Below, piece by piece: positions 11,260-22,055 of a stretch of 64,000 nt of DNA. The translations under genes were made by a program, and so were the position numbers. The notes below the pieces were generated by a model. That model was not told where the DNA came from and did no database searches. It worked only from the letters and a program-made list of their open reading frames with translations. The DNA comes from Ptychomitrium polyphyllum. Lineage: Eukaryota. The first letter of the stretch is position 1, and every line of letters begins with the position of its first letter. Location: contig OZ316776.1 of assembly GCA_973851085.1 (NCBI GenBank), forward strand, positions 10,106,001 to 10,170,000, in the 5' to 3' direction.

Positions 11260-13286
11260 TGGCTACATCCATCAATTTCGAAACTTGTGACACGGCCAGG
11301 CTATGTTGGCCCAGGATACCAATCCCTCGGTTCTAGAGGATAAGTAACTATGTCAGAGCCTATTTGAAATAGTCCTATTGATGTCTTATGGACCTTCGTT
11401 CGTGTTGTTCCCTAGCAGGATGTCATCCTCCTCGCCGTTATCGCAGTTGCCATGATCCATCCACAGCCGTAGCCACAGGCCCACAGCCTGATCATATGAT
11501 GCATTTTTCGCAACAGAACCCACCTGATTCCTTAAACTTCTCAATGCATGAAGGCCGCTTCTTCCCGGAAAAGCATTCCCTAAAAGTTGCATGATCGCTT
11601 CGCAGTACGTTACAGGCAATGGTCAGGGTAACTGGCTATGAGCTTCACATTAGTTCCGGTCCACCAAGCTCCACTTTTGAGCAAAATTTGTTCACATTGT
11701 GTGAAGGATCTAGAGCGCAAAACCGTGCGGGAAAAATTAGCTTACGCAAGTTTGAGCACTAGAATCTTCTCTGCTGTCATTCTTATTTCCACACTGACCA
11801 GTTGCCATGAGTCGTGACCGCCAAATGGCGTTCCGCCTCGATTGCAGTTCCAGCCTCGATTGCGTCCTCGTTGACTCATTCCTCACAAGCAAAGCGCTCG
11901 CATTGGCAACTTCGCTAACCTCGGAGCAATTCTTCAGCATACGCAAGTTCCAGTAGTCCGTCCTGCCCTCCTCCACGAGCGGCCGCCCAATCCCTCCAGG
12001 AACTCCAAGCGCACTGTTTAATACGATAGTCAAAAGCCTGACATTCGGATGATGTCGGGAAACATCAAAGTTCAAACCCTGAGCGTTTACCAAGTAAATG
12101 AAGTGTTCTTGAAGCGCCAGCAGTATTTGCTCCATGTCGAACTTGCCGCCCTCACTTGCGAGCTCTCTAGGTTGTTGCTGCCTTGACTGCGAGCGTTGCG
12201 GTTCTAAATCCACCGTCCCTACCCCCTGGGCTATCAATTACTTCGAGCCACACTATTAATTCGAGTAATCCATAAGCGGCGAAGATCTCTTTTTCGTTTA
12301 CTTCTATCTCGAGATGAAGAAGCTAACGCTCGCATTCCTTGTTGATTAGCTGTTCGAAATAATTTTGAATTAGCCCCTTGAAATCCGGCTCACAGTCAAT
12401 TGGAAAATTGGAACTGGACTGCAGAAGCACCCCTGACCTCTGAAAGGGCATATAACAAAATACTACGGCTTAATCGACTATCTAATTTTGGTGAACCTGT
12501 TGAAAAAGAGATAGGAGATTTATACGATTCATTTCTAAGGCGCTAAAAGCGGGATACAAGAAGACAAAAAAATTGCGTCAAATACGTAAATTGATCTAGT
12601 TGAGGCATTTTTTTTAAACTTTTTCTTTGCTGATTCAAATACTTTTATTGAATCACGACAGAAGAAAACTTGTTTTCTTCTTTGAGCCCTTAATGTTACA
12701 GCTCTTTAAACAAAACGGCTTAGCTTTGTCCGGACTCACTCAGTGGAGGTGACGGTAACTTTCCGTGACATAGGTTTTGCACATTTATGGAATAGTCAGA
12801 TTCATCACGCATGTACTGTTCACGCTGTAGCCAGCCGGTGCCCGATATTCTGCAGATACACCACCTGATGCAAGATTCAATGGCAGAAGATTCACAAATC
12901 ACGAGCCTAATCCGGGTGTTATAGACACGTGATTTTCGAAGGCCGAGTCACCTAGTAGACGATGTTGCGGCCCTAGGTGAGATCGGATACTGGCACCAGA
13001 TCGAACCTGTGTTTCGCTGCCGCAAGCTGCCTGCAAGACTCTGATTTCGTACACTTTGCAGCGCACTCCCTCCACTGGCAGGCTGCGTCAATTACGACAA
13101 CGTGCGACAGGTATAATACCGTCGCAATTCTATCTAGAGGAAGAGCGATGAACTCCTCTTCCGGAAGCAGTTGCCTGGTGGAAGCGCAGGGTGATTAGAG
13201 TACATGAGAGGAAGGAAAAGCGCGCTTTGCAGGTTGTTTGTTGCATCCAGTTGCCTTCCGGCTGCTTGTTGTGGAATTAGGCAGCG

Positions 13287-16200
13287 ATGGTGAAGTTTGC
13301 GAAGGAGCTGCAGAGCCAGCTTGTACCAGAATGGCAGGAGGCGTACTGCAACTACAACGAGCTGAAGGAGGACTTGCGGCGCATCCAGCAGCACCGGCTT
13401 CTGGGACCGACCTACACTCGCACGGGCTCCTTAGGGCTGCTGCGCTCGCTGGTGTCCATGAAGCCCGGCCTCAGCAAGGCCTTGACGAGAACCCTTACGC
13501 GCCGAGGGCGCCCGGAGTACATGGCCTCGCTCTCGCCCAAGACAGGGGAGCACTCCAAGGATACCCTCGTGGTAGGTTTCATGGCCGCCCACACTGAGGC
13601 CCACTCGCTTCCACCCCTTGATTCTACAGAGCGCCTGTTCTTCATGACAAACGCATCCCACAAAGCCTCGAAGTTGCAATTTGCAGGAGCTTCCGAAATG
13701 CGGCACTTGAGGACATCTGAGGAAATTGCTGCTGCTTGTTTTTTTATTGATGCTTTGCGTTGACCGTTGATTAGTTTAGTACTAAGCAGGCTATTGATTG
13801 TAGAGCTCACCAGATTCTCGCTGTTCGTGCAAGAATACCACCTTTTAGTAGATATTGGAGGCGAAGACAAGTGCGAGCTTCAGCTTTTATTTGGTAGTCG
13901 TGCTTGTGCTTCGTTTTTGGCCGCCAACTTGTACTTGACTATGCTTGCATGAACCTTAGACGAGGTTGGCTGCACTGACATTGAGAAGTGCACAGGTAGA
14001 CAAGAAATTGGCGCTGGATGGGACTGAAATGTACGTCAGCGAGCTAGGAGAGCCACTGTCACAGTCTCCGCAGGACAGGACCTTCTTCGTGCGGCTTGAT
14101 GCACAGTTGACGAAAGTCAACAAGTTTTACAAGAAGAAGGAAGCGGAGAATATCGCTCGAGCAGGCGCGTTGGAGAAGCAGATGCTTGCACTGATCCATT
14201 TGCAGGAGGCATTAGCTCGCGAGGGGCTGGATTACGCGCCTACGGACTTCCCAACGGTCGGGCAGAGCGGTGTAGATGACCCTGATGAGCTGCATAGTAA
14301 GCACAACTGCTTCGTAATTACGATGTCGATTAGATATGGAATTGATTGAGCGATGAGGATTAACGTGAATTGATCTTCATCTCTTGCAGTTTCGAAGGGA
14401 ACATCCGACGAGCTTCCGCTGATAGACGAGGACACGGTGAAGTCGGACCGTGAACTGTACCAAATACAGACTTTTCCCATGACACCGTCTCGGAGAAACC
14501 GTGCGCAGAAGAAAAGGGACGCCGATGAAGTCGACGAGTCTGACAACGTTATTCAGGATTACATTGACCAAGTTACGAGGTCACCGAGGTCACCAGGAGT
14601 GCGATTCCAGCTGGACAGCCTCGCTTTGAGCTCATCAGGCACGCTGAAGTCGGCGTTGAAGAAAGTTTCGTCCATATCAGAGCGTGTTGAGCCTGTTGAA
14701 GAGGAGATGGTGGTGGTCGAAGATGCTGTGAGATTCGATGACATAGAAAATCAGAGGGTGTACACTCAAAAAGAGTTGGATCACGCAAGGAAGGTCCTGC
14801 GTCAAGCATTTGTGGAGTTTTACAGAGGGCTTGGTATGCTTACCAGTTACAGGTATTTGAGGCTTGCTAGCTGACAACGACCATACTCTGTAGCATAACC
14901 TATCGATCAAGTTAAGGAGGAGATGGTGGTGGGGCTGATACTGAGTATTTTAGAATCACTCCCTGTAGAATTACTTGCATCTTCAGTTTCTCAACTTTGG
15001 AGCTTCTTTGGAGCTAAGGTAATGGTAGATAGGAAAGCGGGTAGAATGCTGTGGAGCGACAAACATGCAGGAAAGAGGGCAATTGGTAAATGATACCAAA
15101 GCTGCACAGGGGAACTTATTGAGTGTATTATTCTCAGAGCTGGGGGGTTGTTGTTCTGGTGCTTTCATGAGTGATGTAAGGAAAGCACAATTGTGTCACT
15201 TCCTCTTCAATGCTAGGCGTGGTGAGAAGTTGCGTTCCATGTTTTCACAAGTTCTCTTAAACCCCGCAAGATGAGAGCAGGTATGGTGGAGTTGGGGCGA
15301 AGTAGCATAGAGCCCCTGGGTTTGTAGTTAAGCTTACCATAAGAGTGGTGATATTTCGAAGGCGGGCCGTTAATGGCGTGTACTGGAATTCAAGACATTA
15401 GTCTGACAGGGGTAGAAGTTGAAGCTGAATGGGTTAGGTGATGAGACTGAGGAGCATATAAACTTAGGAATGAGAGACTCTACCTAGCGAGCGTATGCAT
15501 AACTTAAGTGGAGAGACTCGTGAGGACAGGAACGGTACAGGAGGGACAGGACGGCGTCACGATTACCAATGAGGGGTTCTATGTTTATCATTTGTGCCCA
15601 GGCCAGCTCTTGTTGGAAGTTGTATCCAGAGGATGAACAATCTGTAGGTTACGGTCTCACTTACACCTCATCGATCTTACGAGTCAGCTCTTCTCCCTAT
15701 TGCAGCTGTGCGACAAATTTCGATTGCCTCCACGCCCGATTTGAAAATACGCTTTGAGGACTCTCCTATCGTCGGCACTTCCCAGAAAGTCATTAATTTA
15801 GTTGTGCATTGAGCAAGCTGATAGCACTACCTAAGCTGGAAGGAATTTGATGCATGTTATCTTATCCTTCAGACAGTATATTTTCTCTTCAACGTATGCT
15901 TCAGGGACCGGCAGCCCGAGGACCAGCATATCATATGAATCGAGCAGGTCTTAAAGTCACTGTAGATTTATGAATGTCGTGTTTATCATCTAACTACTGA
16001 TTCTTGCGCACTGGACCAAGTACTGCCGACAGTTTTGCTAGATATGAATCATGTTTCCGTTGCTCTTTCAGGTCCTTGAATATAACAGCATTTGCCAAAA
16101 TTTTGAAGAAGTATGATAAGATCACGGGTTGGAACTTTTCGCCAATTTACATGAAGGAGGTCGAAACTTCTCACTTTGTTATTTCTAAGAAGGTAAGAAA

Positions 16201-19200
16201 GTATGGTTTGTGGTGTTCTTACATTTCCATTTTAATCGCCAAGCCACACTGACACGCTAAAATAACGATGCGATTGCCTTGAGCAGATTCAAACCTTGCA
16301 TTTAAGCGTTGTTCTCTTTTTTATTTTATTTTATTCAATAATGAGCTCTGAAAAAAAAAAGTGGGTAAATTTGGGCCTGAATGTGCAACTGAAACTCAGC
16401 AGTCTGTCTGCTTTACAATGTAGTGTGGTTGGATACAACATTTCAAGAATTAATGCATATCTTTCGAAACCTCTAAAATGATCAAGATATCTTCGTGATG
16501 GCTTCGCAGATTCACAAGTTGATGAGCATGGTGGAGGAAATATTCACGAAGCATTTTACTGAAGGGCAGCGAAAGAAGGCTATAGCTCAACTGCGGCCAA
16601 CTCGGAGACAAGGGACTCATCGGACAACGTTCTTTTTAGGTACTAATATTTCTGGAGTTGGTTTACGATGACAAGGATTGGTATTGAGATCCTAGCTACG
16701 ACCTTAACTGTTTCTACTTCAACCTTTCTGTTTTTTCTATCGCAGAGGAGATAGTTTTAGCTTCAGCAAATAGAGTGACATCCTATGTCTCTCAGGTAAA
16801 TACTGCTGATCACTTTAGTTCGCTCTGAGTAATTCAGCTATTGAGGCAGCTCCAGTGATCCCTACGTCTTTGATGCCACGATTGTTGTACTCTGGGCTGA
16901 CTTGAACTCTGCTAACCTGGGCGTTAATGGACTGGAACCAGGTCTTTTTACGGGCTGTTCTCTTGCTCTTTTGGTTTCCTTCTTCTTCTTAGTGGAAAAT
17001 CCGCTGGCATGGGATCATGGTGGAGGTAACGAATATTTAGACACGGTGTTCCCTGTGTTCAGGTACATTTTCAGAGCCAATTTCTTACTCACTTCTCAGC
17101 TTAATGATTCCGACAACCCTTTCTTGTTTATGTCCATTCTACTGTAAGAGTCATCCCGTAAAAAAATCGAACGATTTCTATTGTGGAATTAGACTAGCGC
17201 AGAACTTCAAGTTAGATCAACCTAAGTGATTTATTAGTTTTCTTAAAATTTCGTTTTTCGGTTTCGTCATGTCCAAGGATCTTACAGTGTTATTGTGTGT
17301 GGCTCGCCATCAATTCAGCACACTTATGTTGATAACAATCCATATGTACTTCTACGGCTTCAATGTGTACGCATGGCAAAGGACTCGCATAAATTATCCG
17401 TTTATATTCGGATTCTCCCCAGGCGCTGAACTTCGATACCGCGAGGTCTTGCTTCTGAGCACTGGATTCACGACCTTCTTGCTGGGAGGCATGAATATTC
17501 ACATTTCTGTGACCTTGCTAACGCATAAAGATCCCGTGTCAGGCGCCGCTCCGTCTCCATCACAGCATCGTGGCTCTAAGTTCGCAGATATCATTCCCTT
17601 GCTCCTTGTCTTGGTAAAACCAACTGAATATATTTTCTTTTTTCTAAATGTTTTGGTTAATTAGATTGATTTCAGTTTTAAGACTGGTAACTGATCTGAG
17701 AGATTTTTGGCTAACTGGCGATGTACAGATAAGCTTGGGGATTTTGTTCTTTCCATTCAATACTATGTATAGATCCTCCCGCGCATTTTTTCTGAACTGC
17801 TTTCGACGTCTCGCTTTAGCACCCTTGTTTAAGGTAATCATTCAGTAAGTTTTAATGTTATTGGCTTGAATTACTTTCTTAATTTAAAATTGATGTTACT
17901 GGACCAACTCAATTAAAACTAAGCTGCATTGTTTTGCTACACATGAAATCTTTGCAACCTAAATAGTAATTCTAAAAGCTTGCGTGGCTGAGTGGTGCAG
18001 GTCGTACTGGCCGATTTTTTTCTCGGTGACCAGTTCACAAGCCAGGTGTTGGTGTTCAGAAACTTTGAGTTCGTAGCTTGCTACTATTCCAGTGGCTTCT
18101 TTTTGAACAAACAAGCCGCAGCATGCAAAACGAATCTTGTCTACCAGGGATTTGGCTATGTGGTGGCGTTACTTCCGTATTGGTGGCGTTTTCTTCAGGT
18201 ATAATCATGCAAATTGTAGGAAAAACGAACTCCTAGTCACTTGATTTTAAATGGCTTATTCATTGTCTGTGAATAGTCCAACAATGACTTGCTATTTGGA
18301 TGCTATGTTCTCAATCACGCTAAGGTAAATCTCAAGTGTGTTATGTGCTTATTATGTCATATGTGTCGAACAGTGTCTGAGGAGATACAAAGATGAGGGG
18401 GATACGCATCAGCTAGAGAATGCTGGCAAATACATGTCAGCGATCATAGCCGTGGGGTTGAGACAAGCATACACGAATTACCGCCATTTGCATGTATACG
18501 AACTCCCCTTGCGGGTGCTATTTATGGTCGCGTCCATTATTGCCACCATCTACACAAACTACTGGGATTTGTGTGTCGACTGGGGTTTGCTCAAATCTCA
18601 ATCGAAGAACAAATGGCTGCGAGACAAGCTTATTCTGAGGAACAAGGAAATCTACTTCGCAGCCATTGTAAGTGACCCAACCGCAATTTATTTTATTTCT
18701 GTTATAGTGTTTGGGATGAACATGTATACATGAGAGTTTTCAGTAACTAAATTACTGGTACTTGAAGTTTTGCCCTGTTTTGCTTTTTTTCAGGTAGGAA
18801 ATTCTCTTTTGAGGTTAGCGTGGTTGGCTACACTTCTCCAAGTTCAGGTGTCATATGGATTCAATCAGAACGCATTTGATGTTATCATGGCTAGTCTGGA
18901 GATTTTTCGGAGGGGAATCTGGAACTTCTTTCGGTAACAAACCATCTCCTAACGAGATTAGAGAAGGACCGTCCACTCAGAGTGTGCACGTCTTTCAATT
19001 TAAATGTTGTTTAGTTCTATGGCTCATTTGTTAACCATTGTTCAGTCAGTCACTTGCGGTTATGCAGTACGGTATTCTTAAGACCTCCAAGACCCTTATT
19101 GAGTGCGCTTTTTTTCAGAAGTGATCGTCGTTATGCTGCACGCATGAGGCTAGCAAATGTTTTCAACTGGATTGGTGGTTTACTTCGCAAAATATGCTTT

Positions 19201-19326
19201 ACTTGTTGGCTAACAAGAGGACGGTGATTGTTTGATTTTTGCAGGATTGAAAATGAGCATTTGAACAATGTAGGCAAGTACAGAGCTGAGAAAGCGGTTC
19301 CTTTGCCATTCAATGATGACATGTAA
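13287..19326 (+). CDS. PHO1: PHO1-family phosphate exporter (SPX + EXS domains), ~12 exons
   Basis: N-terminal [30 protein letters not shown] and [19 protein letters not shown] motifs [73 protein letters not shown]. Stop TAA at 19324-19326. Confidence 0.97.
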
Positions 19327-20197
19327 TGAGCTTGAGCTGAATCTTTGTACGCACAGAGCTGTGAAAGGATGTCGTGAGAAATGGGCAGTACCTGCAACAG
19401 AATATAAGGACACAATACGAAGTCACCCATCCCCGCTGCACTCGAAGGCCAAACTTGCACTGTACGTAAAACCTTGAGAGGTAAAATTTGAAGGAACTTC
19501 TGGACTTCCAGGCTTAAGCACATGGTGGAGAAACATGCATTCGAGAAGGAGAAACTAAGGCTCAAAGTTTTCTTTATATATTATGAAACTTAGTGAGAGG
19601 TACACACGAACATTGTATGTGAATTTTGAACACGTCTGACTGGAAATCGCTAGGCTTGTTTACTGGTTAGCAGCACATGAAAGTGTTTTTGTGTGTGAAT
19701 GTTAACTACCACTGCAAAGACACGAGGTAGTTCTTTGCAGGAACTCCTAGAGCTTATGTTAGCTCTTCTCTCAATTGTATTTCTCGGTGTATGTAAGAAA
19801 ATATTGCGGGAATATCGAAACTCTGTGACTAATTATGGCTGTCTGTATGCTGAGGGAGTATGTCAAAGTCAAGCTAATACAGTGGTGAACTCGAAAAAGC
19901 AGCTTCACAGCGTACACCAATTGCGACAGGAAGAATCAGATCTTTCTGCATTAAGCAGAGTGCGAAGGTGCAGCGCAGGCCAATATAATTCTATGATGCG
20001 TTGGTATAAGTTAGTTTACTGCCCAAGAGATATCTATACAAAAAGGCTCGTCTCTCCAATCCTACAAGAACTCGTGACAGGGCCGACGGCACTATAATCT
20101 AAATGGAAGTGACAACTTGTTGCGAAGATTGTACCTCCCCTGAGAAACCAAGACTTAGCTTCCCTGTGCACAAGACCAACTGTGCAGACGAATTTGA

Positions 20198-20865
20198 TCA
20201 TGTGTTATGAACCACATATCTGGGCAGTAGTTGAGATATATCCTTGCCCAGAAGCACAGTTTCGTTTTGTCCGAAGCTGTGATGTGTATTCCGTAAACCA
20301 GGAACTGCAAGCGACAGAAGCATCATTCTAGAGCCTCAACAATATGGCACTTAAATGTCAGGATCCACGGCGGTGTGTTTCACTCCAACTTTTATGGTAA
20401 CTCCCTCTGTTCCACCAATTTTGAAGCCTTGTGTAGCAATCTTGTGGATGGCGCCGGTGTCAGTCTCATGAAACACCCACCTCTCGATAGTACTACCTCG
20501 TTTTTCTCGAACACTTTCTTTTCCTGAAGGTACTTTTTTCAAGAGCCAGATTGATAACAACCTCAACTTTTGTGACCTTCATCAGTATAGGGATAGACGA
20601 GTGATCCTGCAACGAAGACACTTACTTACATTATTGATTGTTGCAACAATTTTAGAAGATTTATCTGGTGTGGACACTAGTTGAAGAATCTCAAGAGCCA
20701 AGTCCATAGCATATTGCACTCTCCACAAGTGTTAGCTGCAGAGAGATTCTCAAGAGAGTTGGAACTTCATCAGATTACCATGACCTTGCTCTTCATAGAA
20801 GAATAATCAAACTTGCTTAAGAAAATAGGCTGAACCCTCCGGAAGTGGATTTCTTGCGGAGTGTT
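20198..20865 (-). pseudogene. PARP-like ADP-ribosyltransferase catalytic-domain pseudogene
   Basis: NTPQEIHFRRVQ.. (probable intron) ..KVTKVEVVIN..ERWVFHETDTGAIHKIATQGFKIGGTEGVTIKVG..TAVDPDI*VPYC*GSRMMLLSLAVPG..SQLLPRYVVH follows the PARP-fold order FHGT..I...GF....QxxPxYVV. In-frame stops at 20351-20353 and 20336-20338, frameshifts near 20510-20540, and the GxGIY motif is missing. Confidence 0.7.
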
Positions 20866-21852
20866 TCCTCAAATCAATTAAAATAATGACTTTATATTAT
20901 TGATCCATTAGAACATAACATTCTTTAACAATTGAAGTAACTCACCTTCACTTTTGACAATGAGAAAAAGAAAGCAACATTAAATAATATTGATGGCATA
21001 TATTAGTGGATGCACAAAGGCATCAATTAAAGCTTGCTAATTTAAATTATATTTTGATATACAAATTCCCTTAAAATCTTTTGTAGAACATAGTTTTAAC
21101 AATTGGAATTGTAAATTCTGGTGACAAAATAATTCCTTCCATACAACTCATCATATAAGAATTATTCCAAGTAATATAATTGCAAAAAATAAAACTTATG
21201 TTAACTTATAAAATTTTGCATGTATTTTTTATTTGGAAGACTACATCACTCTAAAAAATTTAAAAATATTGAAAGAATACTAAGCTGTGTAATAGTTACT
21301 TCCTATTACATTTCAATACAGTATTAGAATGAGGTTTATAAATATATTTTCAATTAAAAGATAACAATCATAACTTACACAAGTTTTGAAATCAATTGTT
21401 CATGATTGTTCAAAGTTGGTAGTATGTTCTAAATCAAAAATCTTCCAGTTGTGAAGTGAAATATTTTGTGAAATGAATTGTTGGTGGTTTCCTTTATTAA
21501 CATGAATAGCAAGCTGCTTTTCATTTTCAGCATGAGTATCCTCGGTTATTTCTCTAAATTCAAGTTGAACTGCGCATGCTTGCTTATGTTCAAATAAGGA
21601 AGATAGTGTTGTCACCCTAAACCCGACAGGTTCTATGGATGGTGTAGATGAACAGTATTGGAGAAGATTGTGGGCCCGCGGTAATGGGTCTGGTGTGGGG
21701 ACGGCAACCGCGGGGCAGAATGCAGGGGGGGCGGAGGCAGGGGAGGGGGATGGCGGAGGAGGGAGATACTGTGGCGATGGCGATAGCGATGGCTATGGCG
21801 AAGCCAGTCGGAAGGCGCTTGTGCAGCTGTTGCGGCGTCGCCGGAGCAGTAC

Positions 21853-21910
21853 TGCAGCAGCAGCAGTCGCAGCAGCAGTCGCAGTCGCAGTCGCAGTTGC
21901 AGTCGCAGTC
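21853..21910 (+). repeat. (GCA)n/(GCAGTC)n microsatellite
   Basis: tgcagcagcagcagtcgcagcagcagtcgcagtcgcagtcgcagttgcagtcgcagtc. Confidence 0.9.
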
Positions 21911-22055
21911 GGCCTCACGCGGCAGCTGCGTTGTCTCTTGAGCCAAGGCTGATGCGCACGGCGCGAGGCGGTGTCCAGTTGCCCCGCGACCGCGACGTGC
22001 GTGGGGTTTCCGGGTGCGACGTCTTTTCACTCTTGAGCGGGGTTCGGACTCGGTC

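Noticed and set aside
12300..13286. P1BS (GNATATNC) phosphate-starvation element in the PHO1 promoter
   Set aside because: Only near-matches were seen (e.g. CGATATTC at ~12843, GCATATAA at ~12448); no exact site found by eye.
14701..14935. 16-bp GAGGAGATGGTGGTGG shared by a PHO1 exon and the next intron
   Set aside because: Short and low-complexity, with no evidence of a duplicated alternative exon.
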